DNA of 59,442 nt from Minisyncoccota bacterium (GTDB lineage Bacteria; Patescibacteriota; Minisyncoccia; Phycocordibacterales; UBA9973): NCBI GenBank assembly GCA_041658325.1, contig JBBAAI010000001.1, forward strand, positions 93,427 through 152,868, given 5' to 3'. Position numbers and translations under genes: made by a program. The notes beneath the pieces are model-generated. The model was not told the origin of the DNA. It made no database searches and saw nothing but the letters and a program-made list of their open reading frames with translations. Below, in pieces: positions 1-9,961 of the stretch. Position 1 is the first letter of the stretch. Every line of letters begins with the position of its first letter.

Positions 1-574
1 CAATTTTTACCACTGGTAAATCTTCCGCCATTTCTTTTAGCTCTAGTTCGGATTTTTCTGTCGTCTTTTCCCTTTCTTCCCCAGAAGAAGGAGTTAGCGA
101 AGTAGATTCTTTTTGAATAAGATCCTGAAATTCACTTGTTAAACTTTGTCTATATTGGACTAAAACAAATTTGATAGAAGAAGTATCAGTAAGTCTAGGT
201 AAAATTTTTAATCCGGAACGTTTCTTAATAAAATCAATCACCGGCAAATCGTCTACATCTAGCATCGCCACCTCTAAACCTTTTTCATTTTTTTTATAAG
301 CGACAATATTGTAATTACGCGCGATCGGCTCAGGGATAAGAGAGAGTACAGAAAAATCTATTTTTTGATTGGTTAAACTGATGAATGGTATTCCTAAAAC
401 AAAAGCCTCCATTCGCTTCATGTCTGTTTCTGATATTTTGCCTTCAGAAAGCAAAACATCGCTGATCTTTTGCTTTTTACTCTCAGCTTTTTTAAAAGCA
501 TCCTCAACGTCTGCTTTAGAAACTAAGCCTGATTCTAAAATAAATTTCTTTAGATGTTCTTCATTGATTTGCAT
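1..574 (-). CDS. Type IV pilus / type II secretion ATPase (PilB/GspE family), N-terminal part only; the gene runs off the left edge
   Basis: Hand translation from ATG (574-572) gives MQINEEHLKKFILESGLVSKADVEDAFKKAESKKQKISDVLLSEGKISETDMKRMEAFVLGIPFISL...LIPEPIARNYNIVAY...LEVAMLDVDDL. This matches the GspE/PilB N-terminal (MshEN-like) domain pattern. It is absent from the ORF track because there is no stop in the window. Confidence 0.6.
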   Translation of the reverse strand, partial: MQINEEHLKKFILESGLVSKADVEDAFKKAESKKQKISDVLLSEGKISETDMKRMEAFVLGIPFISLTNQKIDFSVLSLIPEPIARNYNIVAYKKNEKGLEVAMLDVDDLPVIDFIKKRSGLKILPRLTDTSSIKFVLVQYRQSLTSEFQDLIQKESTSLTPSSGEEREKTTEKSELELKEMAEDLPVVKI

Positions 575-590
575 TAAATATATTATAGCA

Positions 591-618
591 AAAAAATTCC
601 CCATATGGGGAATTTTTT
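591..618 (-). terminator. Hairpin (aaaaaattcccc-atat-ggggaatttttt) between the adhesin-like gene and pilB
   Basis: Near-perfect palindrome flanked by A/T runs, immediately after the stop of the 629..2980 minus-strand gene. Confidence 0.5.
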
Positions 619-628
619 TGCTTATATT

Positions 629-2980
629 TTAGTCTTCTATAAAACTAGGTTTTTTAATGCACTTAGTGCCGTTCCACACGCTAGGAAAGGTACAAGTGCC
701 AACACAAGTATCTTCCGGTGGCAACACAGCAGAACAAGTAATACCATCACATCCATAAGTCCCCTCAAAAGTGCCACAGGAATTAGAAACTGAACATAGA
801 TTGCCCTGATTAATTGAACAATCAGCAACAACATTCACATCCGTCCAAGGACTACAGTTATTGTTTTCATTTGATTCTGCAATCGTACCATTTGGTTGCG
901 GAGGTAAATCAGCACAAGCTCGAATTGATTGAACACCAATAGATGTAAATTTATAAGATTTGCTAATATCATTATTAGCCCCTGCCTCAAGAGAATTCAT
1001 TGAAGATTTTAAAAGATCAGTTATTGTTCCTCCTCCATTCGGAGCGCTTGCTATCTGAAAGAAATCGAAGAAACTAGCTCCTGTAGAAACATTTCCAATG
1101 TTTGAAATAGTTGAAGTAAAGGTTTTAGTTGCACCGACTTTAATAGTAACTTGTGTAGGTATTGGAGCAGAAACTGTAAGATCTGGAGCAGGATTACTTA
1201 CAACCACAGTTGCCCAAGAACCACTACAGTTATTATTTTCATTTGATTCAGTAATAGTTCCAACAAAAGAAATATTATTGTCTGCGCAGGCACGCACATA
1301 CTTAGTTCCGACAGTACTAAAGGAATGTGAATTAGAAACTGTAACGGGAGCCCCAGATGTAATTGTATTTGTGCTTTGTGTTGTGCCATAAGTTACCCCA
1401 GAAGCATGGTCTGCATCATCATCATATTCAAACAAATGGGTGATTGTGCCTGAAGCTGAAACATTTCCATTGTTTGAGATATCTGAATAGTATGGTTGAG
1501 CAACACCAACAGCTGCTGTGGACGGTGCGGGGATAGAAGCAGTGAGATCAGGAGCCGGAACACCTACCACTACCTCCGTCCAAGAACCACTACAGTTATT
1601 ATTTTCATTTGATTCAGTAACAACCCCACCTCCAGCACTGGATGTTTTATCAGCACAAGCTCTTATGTAATACGTACCAGTAGAAGAAAAAGTATAAGAT
1701 TTCTTAGCTGTTTTTGATGTTCCTGCGTCTATCGGTGTCGTCATCGTAACTGATGAAAGATCTGTAAAAGTTGCACCTCCGTTTGTTGATATTTGAAAGA
1801 AATTAGAAAAAGAAGCTGGAGTTGAACCAGTAGATTCTGTGCCAATGTTTGAAATGGTTGAGGAAAATTCTTGAGAATCATTAATGGCAGCCGTATTTGG
1901 AGTAACAATAGAAGCAGTGAGGTCCGGACCAGATTGCGATGGAACGATGATAGTTTGCGTAACGAGAGCTGAATCCATTATCACATCACCAACAATTCTA
2001 TCAGCTCTAATTGCCACAGTGTGTTCTCCAGATACAGAATAAGTTTTAACTGGGTTATTAGGTGGAGGATTTTTACCTGGATAATATTGAATCCAGGTAT
2101 TTAAGCCTGAAGAAACATAGTCAAATGTGTAATAATACTTTATCCCTGTATAAACATCACCATCAGTTCCGCAACCCTCACCTAATTCACAGGGCTGAGC
2201 TCCACAATTCGCACCTCCGGAATACCCTCCTGACGGTGGACAACCAGTACTATCACAACATTGTGCTCCAGGAATCCCAGAACCACAACAAAGGGCAAAG
2301 GCTTTTTTGCCAACAATTTCTTCTTTTAAAGAAGACGCAAAATTACCCAAAATAGAACTTTCCTCTTTCTGTACAAGAAACTTTTCTGCGGGAAGAGAAG
2401 CGAGTTCCATGTTGCTTAATTTGGTTTTAATAGTAAATTCATTAGGATTTGTGCTTGACTGAACTACTGTCAACCCTAATTTATCAAAAACAAACGAAAC
2501 GGCAGTTGGTAAAATTTTAGTTGTAGCATTCCCGGCATGAAAAACGCTTCCTCCATTAATACTAACACCAGCTAAAAGATACCGATCATTGTTTACAGGA
2601 TTATCATATTGGACAGTAGCTGTATATTTACTGGTGGCAAGAGAGGGACATCCAGTCGACGGACAAGGGTACAAAAATTCAGTAGGAACGTTTGAATTAT
2701 TAAAAAGCGTTTGGTTGACAGGCTTTGTTATTTTTACATTTACGGGTATCCCCTCAAAAGATACTGGCACCCCAGTTTCTAAGCTTAAAGAATTAATCTT
2801 TAAGCCTTGATAACCATCAGGGGGATCTATTGGATCTGCTGGCCACTCTTCTCCTCCATCACCTGGATCTATAGAATCAAGAGCAAATACCTGACCATTC
2901 ATCACCAAAAAAATACCACCAACGATTATTGTTAATATAATTAAAAATAAAGCGAACTTACTTTGAAAATAATTTTTCAT
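629..2980 (-). CDS. Large secreted repeat protein with about 4 CARDB-like modules and a Cys-rich C-terminal domain (putative surface adhesin)
   Basis: N-terminal TM/signal (FALFLIILTIIVGGIFLVM). Repeated units start PDLTAS/PDLTVS and end (T/A)ESNENNNCS(G)(S)W. The C-terminal ~70 aa carry many Cys. Confidence 0.6.
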   Translation of the reverse strand: MKNYFQSKFALFLIILTIIVGGIFLVMNGQVFALDSIDPGDGGEEWPADPIDPPDGYQGLKINSLSLETGVPVSFEGIPVNVKITKPVNQTLFNNSNVPTEFLYPCPSTGCPSLATSKYTATVQYDNPVNNDRYLLAGVSINGGSVFHAGNATTKILPTAVSFVFDKLGLTVVQSSTNPNEFTIKTKLSNMELASLPAEKFLVQKEESSILGNFASSLKEEIVGKKAFALCCGSGIPGAQCCDSTGCPPSGGYSGGANCGAQPCELGEGCGTDGDVYTGIKYYYTFDYVSSGLNTWIQYYPGKNPPPNNPVKTYSVSGEHTVAIRADRIVGDVIMDSALVTQTIIVPSQSGPDLTASIVTPNTAAINDSQEFSSTISNIGTESTGSTPASFSNFFQISTNGGATFTDLSSVTMTTPIDAGTSKTAKKSYTFSSTGTYYIRACADKTSSAGGGVVTESNENNNCSGSWTEVVVGVPAPDLTASIPAPSTAAVGVAQPYYSDISNNGNVSASGTITHLFEYDDDADHASGVTYGTTQSTNTITSGAPVTVSNSHSFSTVGTKYVRACADNNISFVGTITESNENNNCSGSWATVVVSNPAPDLTVSAPIPTQVTIKVGATKTFTSTISNIGNVSTGASFFDFFQIASAPNGGGTITDLLKSSMNSLEAGANNDISKSYKFTSIGVQSIRACADLPPQPNGTIAESNENNNCSPWTDVNVVADCSINQGNLCSVSNSCGTFEGTYGCDGITCSAVLPPEDTCVGTCTFPSVWNGTKCIKKPSFIED

Positions 2981-3090
2981 AAATCAATTATACTATAAAA
3001 TAAAAACAATATTGCATTAAAATGTGGATTATGATATGCTTCCCCTATATGAGTCCTGTCAGAACAGGGCTTTTATTTTTAAAAACTTAA

Positions 3091-3096
3091 TAAAAT
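3091..3096 (+). promoter_or_regulatory. -10-like TAAAAT, 6 nt upstream of the nusA ATG (possible leaderless promoter)
   Basis: taaaat-agcctt-ATG. No SD motif is present. Confidence 0.35.
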
Positions 3097-3102
3097 AGCC
3101 TT

Positions 3103-4290
3103 ATGTTAGATCTAAAAACATTCAAATCTGCATTAGAACAATTAGAGGAAGAAAGGAAAATTCCTAAAGAAAAAATATTAGAAGCCATAGAACAAGCGAT
3201 GGCGGCGGCTTATAAAAAAGATTACGGCAAAAAAGGACAAATTATCCGAGCTAAGTTTGATATGGAAACAGGCAAAACGGATTTCTCTCAAATAAAAATC
3301 GTGGTAGATGAAAGCATCGCTATCTTAGATGAAGAAGAAGCGCCGAAAGAACCAACTCATAAGAAACATGACATAGAATATTCCACAAAAGATGCGGACA
3401 ATGAACGCGTGCACTTCAATGGGGAACATCATATTCTTTTAGAAGATGCAAAAAAAATAAAGAAAGGGGTAGAACTCAACGATGAAATCATTTTTCCATT
3501 GGAGGCGAAAGATGATTATGGGCGCATTGCTGCTCAAACAGCTAAACAAGTTATTATCCAAAAAATCCGTGAAGCAGAACGCACTTCCATCATAGATGAA
3601 TACGGAACCAAGGAGGGAGAAGTTATTTCCGGCATAGTACAAAAGGTGGAACGAGGCAATGTTTATGTTGACTTCAATAGAGCCACAGGAATATTACCAG
3701 CTGAAGAACAAATCCCAGGAGAATATTGGACTCGAGGTCAGAGAATACGAGCTTATCTTTATAGTGTAGAAGATACACCAAGAGGTATCAACCTGCGTCT
3801 TTCTCGCGCTCATCCAAAATTTGTAGAGAAACTTTTTGCTATGGAAGCCCCAGAAATAGAGAACGGCATAGTAGAAATAAAATCTGTTGCGCGTGAGGCT
3901 GGTGCACGATCAAAAATCGCCGTTCATTCAACTGACGAACATATTGATGCTGTCGGTTCTTGTGTCGGGCAAAAAGGCACTCGAGTAAACACCATTACCG
4001 GAGAACTTTCCGGAGAAAAAATTGATATAATTCCCTGGTCTTTGGATCCCAAAGAATTTGTTTCCAATTCCCTTTCTCCAGCAAAAGTTATTTCTATTGA
4101 AATAGATGAAAAGGAACACAAAGCAATAGTAGAAGTGGGCAACGATCAACTATCCCTCGCCATCGGCAAGGGTGGACAAAATGTACGCCTAGCCGCTAAA
4201 CTTACTGGATGGAGAATAGATATTAAGGGTGATGGTAAAGAAGTCGCTAAAACAGATGGAGAAAACGTTGAGGTAATAGAGGAAAAATAA
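3103..4290 (+). CDS. nusA: Transcription termination/antitermination factor NusA
   Basis: S1 and KH region motifs ([76 protein letters not shown]). Confidence 0.9.
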   Translation: MLDLKTFKSALEQLEEERKIPKEKILEAIEQAMAAAYKKDYGKKGQIIRAKFDMETGKTDFSQIKIVVDESIAILDEEEAPKEPTHKKHDIEYSTKDADNERVHFNGEHHILLEDAKKIKKGVELNDEIIFPLEAKDDYGRIAAQTAKQVIIQKIREAERTSIIDEYGTKEGEVISGIVQKVERGNVYVDFNRATGILPAEEQIPGEYWTRGQRIRAYLYSVEDTPRGINLRLSRAHPKFVEKLFAMEAPEIENGIVEIKSVAREAGARSKIAVHSTDEHIDAVGSCVGQKGTRVNTITGELSGEKIDIIPWSLDPKEFVSNSLSPAKVISIEIDEKEHKAIVEVGNDQLSLAIGKGGQNVRLAAKLTGWRIDIKGDGKEVAKTDGENVEVIEEK

Positions 4291-4302
4291 ATTATTAGCT
4301 TG

Positions 4303-4318
4303 CCCCGCCATGGCGGGG
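4303..4318 (+). terminator. Perfect GC palindrome CCCCGCCATGGCGGGG followed by an A/T-rich tract, after nusA
   Basis: 16-nt perfect palindrome. It contains the ATG (4310) that the ORF track used as the hppA start. Confidence 0.5.
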
Positions 4319-4336
4319 TTAAATAAAAATAAAAAC

Positions 4337-6349
4337 ATGAATTCATTTTTATTGTTTGCAGTTATCAGTTCGGTTGTTGCCATTGTTTATGGTCTATTTT
4401 TAGCTAAATCAATTTTTAAAAAAAGTCCTGGAAATGAACGCATGCAGGAAATCGCCAAAGCTATCCAAGATGGCGCCGGCGCATATTTGAATAAACAATA
4501 TAAAACTATTGGTCTGATAGCTGCGATTCTTTTCTTTATTATTGGCTTTATCCCAAAACTCGGCTGGACAATGGCCTTTGGATTTTTAGTTGGAGCTATC
4601 TTTTCTGCCCTTGCGGGATATATCGGTATGAATGTATCAGTTAGAGCAAATGTCAGAACAACAGAAGCTGCCAGAAAAGGAATTAACGAAGCTCTGGCTC
4701 TGGCCTTCCAGGGTGGAACAGTGACTGGACTTTTGGTTGTCGGCCTTGCACTTCTCGGTGTAACTTTATTTTATGCAATTACTAAAGATGTCACTGCCCT
4801 TGTCGGACTCGGTTTTGGTGCTTCTCTCATTTCTGTTTTCGCTAGGTTGGGTGGAGGAATTTTTACTAAAGCCGCTGACGTCGGAGCAGACCTTGTCGGG
4901 AAACTTGAAGCAGGAATTCCAGAAGATGATCCAAGAAATCCTGGAGTCATTGCCGACAATGTCGGAGACAATGTTGGTGATTGTGCTGGTATGGCCGCTG
5001 ATTTATTTGAAACTTATGCTGTCACTTCTGTCGCCACGATGCTCCTCGGTTCGCTTCTTTTTGCCAATTTTGAAAATGCAATTATTTATCCATTAGTAAT
5101 CGGAGGAATGGCAATTTTTGCCTCAATCATCGGTACTTGGTTTGTACGTTTGGGTAAATCTCAAAATATAATGGGTGCTTTATATAAAGGCCTTATTGCT
5201 TCCGGCATTATCGCTGCTGTAGCTTTCTACCCCGTTACAAAATTATTAATGTCAGAAAATGAAAAATATTCAGTAATGGCTTTGTTCATTTGTTCTCTCG
5301 TAGGACTTTTTGTTACTGGAGCTCTTGTGGTTATCACAGAATATTTCACCTCTACAAAATATTCTCCGGTAAAATCAATCGCCGAAGCATCTGTTTCTGG
5401 ACACGGCACAAATGTTATTCAGGGTTTAGCTATTTCAATGAAATCTACTGCCCTTCCTCTTATCACAATCGTTCTAGGAATATTGGTTAGTTATCATTAC
5501 GCTGGACTTTATGGCATAGCGGTTGCTGCGATGTCCATGCTCTCAATGACAGGAATAATTGTAGCTATTGATGCATATGGCCCTATCACAGATAATGCTG
5601 GAGGTATCGCCGAAATGGCAGAGCTTCCAGAATCAGTTCGCAATGTTACTGATCCATTAGACGCTGTGGGAAATACCACTAAAGCTGTCACGAAGGGTTA
5701 CGCTATCGGCTCGGCTGGTTTAGCGGCTTTAGTATTGTTTGCTTCTTATACAGAAGAAATCGTAAAAGCCGGAAAAGCTATAACTTTTGACTTGAGCAAT
5801 CCGTATGTAATTGTCGGACTCTTCTTGGGGGGTCTTCTTCCTTATTATTTCGGCGCTCTTTGTATGGAAGCAGTAGGAAAAACTGCAGGAAAAGTGGTAG
5901 AAGAAATTCGCAGGCAGTTTAGAGAAATAAAAGGAATTATGGAAGGTACGGCAAAACCTGATTATGCAAAAGCTGTCTCAATCATTACCGGTGCAGCCAT
6001 AAAACAAATGATCTTACCTGCTCTTATTCCAGTACTCGCGCCAATTCTAGTAATTTTAATTTTTGGAAAAGATAATGGTTTAGTAGTTTTGGGCGGACTT
6101 CTTGTCGGTTCTATTATTACCGGACTCTTCGTGGCAATCTCAATGACTTCCGGTGGAGGTGCCTGGGACAATGCTAAAAAGCACATTGAGCAAGGCAATC
6201 ATGGAGGCAAAGGGAGCGACGCTCACAAAGCTGCTGTTACTGGTGACACTGTGGGTGACCCATATAAAGACACCGCTGGTCCTGCTATTAACCCAATGAT
6301 AAAAATTCTTAACATTGTTGCTCTCCTTTTGGTGGCTTTCTTAATCTAA
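4337..6349 (+). CDS. hppA: Membrane-bound H+-translocating pyrophosphatase, predicted K+-independent type
   Basis: [75 protein letters not shown] has Lys in the GNTT(A/K) position, which marks K+-independent enzymes. The start was moved to ATG 4337 (MNSFLLF) because 4310 lies inside the nusA terminator hairpin. Confidence 0.9.
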   Translation: MNSFLLFAVISSVVAIVYGLFLAKSIFKKSPGNERMQEIAKAIQDGAGAYLNKQYKTIGLIAAILFFIIGFIPKLGWTMAFGFLVGAIFSALAGYIGMNVSVRANVRTTEAARKGINEALALAFQGGTVTGLLVVGLALLGVTLFYAITKDVTALVGLGFGASLISVFARLGGGIFTKAADVGADLVGKLEAGIPEDDPRNPGVIADNVGDNVGDCAGMAADLFETYAVTSVATMLLGSLLFANFENAIIYPLVIGGMAIFASIIGTWFVRLGKSQNIMGALYKGLIASGIIAAVAFYPVTKLLMSENEKYSVMALFICSLVGLFVTGALVVITEYFTSTKYSPVKSIAEASVSGHGTNVIQGLAISMKSTALPLITIVLGILVSYHYAGLYGIAVAAMSMLSMTGIIVAIDAYGPITDNAGGIAEMAELPESVRNVTDPLDAVGNTTKAVTKGYAIGSAGLAALVLFASYTEEIVKAGKAITFDLSNPYVIVGLFLGGLLPYYFGALCMEAVGKTAGKVVEEIRRQFREIKGIMEGTAKPDYAKAVSIITGAAIKQMILPALIPVLAPILVILIFGKDNGLVVLGGLLVGSIITGLFVAISMTSGGGAWDNAKKHIEQGNHGGKGSDAHKAAVTGDTVGDPYKDTAGPAINPMIKILNIVALLLVAFLI

Positions 6350-6472
6350 TTTGTAATATTCACACCCTCACAACGTCATATATGGTGTATAATAAATAAG
6401 TGTCGAATTTATTTATTATTATTTTATAAATTATTAATTTAATAATCCGCTAAATTAGCGAAAAAAATATTT

Positions 6473-7207
6473 ATGAAGAAACTTTTAGCATTGTTTATTG
6501 TTTTGGCTGTGACAATTTTTCTCGGTTCAAAAATTGTTCAAGCAGAAGAGGAAAATAGATTTTCTAGCGACGTTGGGATAAAGTTTGAATTATCAGATGA
6601 CGATGACGAAGACTCCGACAAAGACGGACTTTTTGATAAAGAAGATCAAGATGATGACAATGATGGCAAAAGTGATGATGACGAAGAAGAAATGAATAGA
6701 GAGGCAGCTGAAAAAGCGATAGAAGCTATTCGTGAAGAAGCAAAAAGAAAAATGGAAGCTATCAGAGAAAGTATTAAAAATGAAAGAGACACATTGAGAG
6801 CAAAAATAAAAGAATTGAGAGTAACTGGCCGAGAAAAAGCCTTAGAGAGATTTGATAAAGCAATAGAGAGAATGACTGACTTAAAAACCAAGGTTAATGA
6901 AAAGATCGTTAAACTTGAAGCCAAGGGAGTAGCTGTTGTAAACGCAAAAGCTTTTGTGGCAACCGCCGAAACAAAACTTACCCAAGCAAAGAGTAAAATT
7001 GCGGAAATAAATGCATTGCTTGTTGTCTCAGTCAACGAACTTACTCTTGAAAACAAAACAAAGATAAGAACACTTTCACAAGAAACACAAACTCTTATCG
7101 TAGAAGCTCATAGAGCATTAAGAGATGCTGTAAAATCTCTAAAAGATGAAGTAAAAATAACAATGGGATTACAAACGAATACTATAAAGACCGACGATAA
7201 CGACTAA
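6473..7207 (+). CDS. Secreted hypothetical protein with an acidic Asp-rich (thrombospondin-type-3-like) segment and a long coiled coil
   Basis: Signal peptide MKKLLALFIVLAVTIFLGSKIVQA. Acidic run DDDDEDSDKDGLFDKEDQDDDNDGKSDDDEEE, then heptad-like Lys/Glu-rich sequence. Confidence 0.5.
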   Translation: MKKLLALFIVLAVTIFLGSKIVQAEEENRFSSDVGIKFELSDDDDEDSDKDGLFDKEDQDDDNDGKSDDDEEEMNREAAEKAIEAIREEAKRKMEAIRESIKNERDTLRAKIKELRVTGREKALERFDKAIERMTDLKTKVNEKIVKLEAKGVAVVNAKAFVATAETKLTQAKSKIAEINALLVVSVNELTLENKTKIRTLSQETQTLIVEAHRALRDAVKSLKDEVKITMGLQTNTIKTDDND

Positions 7208-7238
7208 ATTATAAATTAATTCGCTTAAATTAATAAAT

Positions 7239-7460
7239 ATGGAACCAGAAAAAAAATCAAATGGAGCATTTATTGGATTAGCCATTATAATAATAATTCT
7301 TGTTGTCGGTGGTATATATATGTGGCAATTGAATAAAAAAACTACAGAGACACTTCCAGAACCTGTTACAACAGAAGATTCCGATGCACTGAGTACACTA
7401 GAAACAGATATTCAAGCAACGGATACAAATATCAATGCAGATGTAAATGGTTTGAAGTAA
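7239..7460 (+). CDS. Small single-pass membrane protein, hypothetical
   Basis: One hydrophobic helix (AFIGLAIIIIILVVGGIYMW), followed by a terminator. Confidence 0.4.
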   Translation: MEPEKKSNGAFIGLAIIIIILVVGGIYMWQLNKKTTETLPEPVTTEDSDALSTLETDIQATDTNINADVNGLK

Positions 7461-7475
7461 ATAAATTAATTTTCT

Positions 7476-7512
7476 AAAAAATACTCCGATTTCTGGTCGG
7501 AGTATTTTTTTT
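7476..7512 (+). terminator. Rho-independent terminator (aaaaaatactccga-tttctgg-tcggagtattttttt)
   Basis: 9-bp GC-containing stem extended by A/T pairing, followed by a T8 run. Confidence 0.7.
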
Positions 7513-7539
7513 GACAAAAAGCACAAATAAATATAAACT
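7511..7539 (+). promoter_or_regulatory. Sigma70-like promoter for tig: TTGACA, 17-nt spacer, TAAACT
   Basis: TTGACA at 7511-7516 and TAAACT at 7534-7539. The start codon lies 8 nt downstream of the -10. Confidence 0.45.
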
Positions 7540-7547
7540 GAAAATCT

Positions 7548-8606
7548 ATGAAAATATCAGTCAAAAAATTACCAAAGAGTGAAATAGAGATTGAGGGAGA
7601 ATTAGAATCTGAAATATTTGAGTCTTATTTTGCCAAAGCACTGAAGAAAATCGGCGAAACGGTCAAATTAGATGGTTTTAGAACAGGCAAAATACCAGAA
7701 AGTGTTTTACTTTCTAAAATACCTGAAATTCAAGTTTTGGAAGAAATGGCAGAAATGGCCCTCGGTGAATACTATCCGAAAATAATTGCAGAGGAAAAAA
7801 TAGATGCCATCAGTCGTCCAGAAATTTCTATTACTAAATTGGCACGCAATAATCCTCTAGGTTTCAAAATCAAGACTGCCATCTTGCCGGAAATAAAACT
7901 CCCTGATTATAAAAACGTTGCTAAAAAAATAATCTCTGGAATTACAGAAGAAGAAAAAAATACCGAAGTTTCCGACAAGGAATTAGAAGATACGATAATG
8001 GATATCCGCAAATCTCGCGCGCCCAAGGTGCACATGGCAGAACATGAACATAAAGAAGGTGAAGTTCATGAACATCCGGAGCCAGAATTACCAGAATTCA
8101 ACGATGAATTCGTAAAAGCCCTTGGACCTTTTAAGGATGTAGAAGATTTCAAAATCAAATTAAAAGAAAATATCAAATTAGAAAAAGAAAATAAACTCAA
8201 AGAAAAAACACGCCTAAAAATAATTGAAAAAATAATTGATGAAAGTAAAATGGATTTACCGGAAATCCTCGTTGAGGTTGAATTGGATAAAATTTTATAT
8301 AGAATGGAATCTGATATTGCTCAAATGGGTCTCAAATTTGATGATTATTTGAAACATCTAAATAAAACGGTGGAAGATTTGAGAAAAGAATTTCGAAACG
8401 ACGCTGAAAAGAAAGCTAAATTTGCTTTAGTTTTAAATGAGATAGGCAAAGCAGAAAAAATTACCGCTGATCCGGAACAAGTAGCTAATGAGGTCGCCAT
8501 GATTTTGGAACATTACAAAGAAGCCGATCCTGAACGCGCTCAAATGCATGCTGAAAACGTCCTCACGAACGAAAAAATCTTTCAGTTTTTGGAAACACAA
8601 AAATAA
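7548..8606 (+). CDS. tig: Trigger factor lacking the central FKBP/PPIase domain
   Basis: N-terminal ribosome-binding domain with the GFRTGKIP signature. The C-terminal arm domain is present. A His/Glu-rich linker of ~20 aa (PKVHMAEHEHKEGEVHEHPEP) stands where the ~100-aa PPIase domain normally lies. Total length is 352 aa. Confidence 0.8.
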   Translation: MKISVKKLPKSEIEIEGELESEIFESYFAKALKKIGETVKLDGFRTGKIPESVLLSKIPEIQVLEEMAEMALGEYYPKIIAEEKIDAISRPEISITKLARNNPLGFKIKTAILPEIKLPDYKNVAKKIISGITEEEKNTEVSDKELEDTIMDIRKSRAPKVHMAEHEHKEGEVHEHPEPELPEFNDEFVKALGPFKDVEDFKIKLKENIKLEKENKLKEKTRLKIIEKIIDESKMDLPEILVEVELDKILYRMESDIAQMGLKFDDYLKHLNKTVEDLRKEFRNDAEKKAKFALVLNEIGKAEKITADPEQVANEVAMILEHYKEADPERAQMHAENVLTNEKIFQFLETQK

Positions 8607-8613
8607 ACGAAGA

Positions 8614-8645
8614 AGCACTCGGCTCGCCGAAGCGAACCGAGTGCT
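8614..8645. terminator. GC-rich hairpin (agcactcgg...ccgagtgct) between the convergent tig and GC-rich ORF
   Basis: 9-bp perfect stem with a 14-nt loop. It sits between two convergent stops. Confidence 0.55.
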
Positions 8646-8664
8646 GAGAATGTTTTTCTGATAC

Positions 8665-9156
8665 CTAATGTACAAACATCGGAGAAATGTTTCGAGAAAA
8701 TATCCGTCTTCCCTCCCTCCACTTCACCGAGTTGTCCTTGTCCACATGCAGACTCCACCCATTTGGGGTTGAGCAGAAACCACCAACGAAAGGAAGTCCT
8801 TCACGGTCGCTGGTGTAAAAAAGATTCGCGAGTCCACCATTCAGGAGGAAACCCTTCTTTTCACACTCTTGACTCTTTGTTAGAAAAAAAATGTCGGAAA
8901 GCTGAACACCTCCCCTTTCTCTCCCTCCCAGAGAGAGCAGAATACTTTTGTCTTCTGCTGGATAGAGCAAATCGCCAAAGTAAAGCACATGATCCGGGCT
9001 TGGTCCCTCCGTCTTCCCGAGGAACCTTTCGTAAAAAATTTTTTCCGCAAAAACTATGCCCATTGAAACAAGGTCCTCTTCACAAATGACAAAGGGGACC
9101 GTCCTTTCGGGGATGTTTACTGCAGAGATATTTTTGAAGATTTCGAGAGGGCTCAT
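8665..9156 (-). CDS. Orphan hypothetical protein, compositionally GC-rich, SD-led
   Basis: Hand counts give ~50-58% GC against ~30% for neighbours. A GGAGG lies 6 nt upstream of the second ATG (MSPLEIF...), so the start was placed at 9156. No recognisable domain. Confidence 0.45.
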   Translation of the reverse strand: MSPLEIFKNISAVNIPERTVPFVICEEDLVSMGIVFAEKIFYERFLGKTEGPSPDHVLYFGDLLYPAEDKSILLSLGGRERGGVQLSDIFFLTKSQECEKKGFLLNGGLANLFYTSDREGLPFVGGFCSTPNGWSLHVDKDNSVKWREGRRIFSRNISPMFVH

Positions 9157-9343
9157 AGTGGGCCTCCATTTCATTTACAGGTTTTGTCGCCCAAGTTTCA
9201 CGTGTTTCGCCACAGCAGGAAAAATCCTAAAAGATAAGATACTTTCTGCTGTGGCAACCCTCACAATGTAAAAGAACTCTGTCTCTTCATACTAAACACC
9301 CAACAGCAACTTTTGTCAAGTTACTCAAAATTATAAATTGGGC

Positions 9344-9349
9344 TATAAT
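9344..9349 (+). promoter_or_regulatory. TATAAT 6 nt upstream of the clpP ATG (possible leaderless promoter)
   Basis: tataat-gctcac-ATG(9356). A TTACTC sits 17 nt upstream. Confidence 0.4.
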
Positions 9350-9355
9350 GCTCAC

Positions 9356-9961
9356 ATGTTAATACCAACCGTTATAGAAAAAAGTCAGTTTGGGGAGCGA
9401 GCTTACGATATTTATTCTCGTCTTTTGCGTGAAAGAATTATATTTCTCGGAGGACCGATAGACGATCATACTGCGAACATCGTTATTGCTCAACTTTTAT
9501 TTCTTGAATCCGAAGACGCGAAAAAAGATATTCATCTTTATATAAATTCTCCTGGTGGATCGGTCACCTCTACCATGGCTATCGTAGACACGATGAACCA
9601 CGTACGTCCTGATATTTCTACTTTCTGCGTTGGTCTCGCCGCTTCTGGTGGAGCCATCATTTTATCTGCCGGCAAAAAAGGTAAACGCTTTATCCTTCCG
9701 AATGCAGAAGTTATGATTCATCAACCAGCCGGAGGAGTAGAAGGTCAAGCAACAGATATCGCTATTACCGCAAAACATATTTTAAAAACAAGAGATAATC
9801 TAAATAAACTTTTAGCAAAAAATACTGGTAAATCATTTTCTCAAATAGAAAAAGATGTAGAGCGGGATTTCTTTATGGACGCAGAAGAAGCGAAAAAGTA
9901 TGGGATTGTGGACGAAATAGTCACAAAATCCAAAAATCCTACCCAAAAACAGGGTAACTAG
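9356..9961 (+). CDS. clpP: ATP-dependent Clp protease proteolytic subunit
   Basis: [49 protein letters not shown]...[10 protein letters not shown]...MIHQP. Confidence 0.95.
   Translation: MLIPTVIEKSQFGERAYDIYSRLLRERIIFLGGPIDDHTANIVIAQLLFLESEDAKKDIHLYINSPGGSVTSTMAIVDTMNHVRPDISTFCVGLAASGGAIILSAGKKGKRFILPNAEVMIHQPAGGVEGQATDIAITAKHILKTRDNLNKLLAKNTGKSFSQIEKDVERDFFMDAEEAKKYGIVDEIVTKSKNPTQKQGN

Noticed and set aside
629-2980. A diversity-generating retroelement target, which is common in CPR genomes, in the repeat adhesin.
   Set aside because: No reverse transcriptase gene and no template/variable repeat pair with adenine-specific mismatches was seen in the window. The repeats are ordinary domain duplications.
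4310-4336. ATG 4310 as the start of the H+-PPase (MAGLNKNKN...).
   Set aside because: This ATG sits in the loop of the perfect CCCCGCCATGGCGGGG terminator hairpin of nusA. The in-frame ATG 4337 immediately precedes the first TM helix.
8620-8628. A shared GC-rich 8-mer GAGCCGAG at 8620 (reverse strand), ~15622 and ~37173, as evidence for a dispersed mini-element linking the GC-rich patches.
   Set aside because: Only the 8-9 nt core is shared and the flanks do not align. Given the locally GC-rich context this may be chance, and it needs a genome-wide search before any claim.
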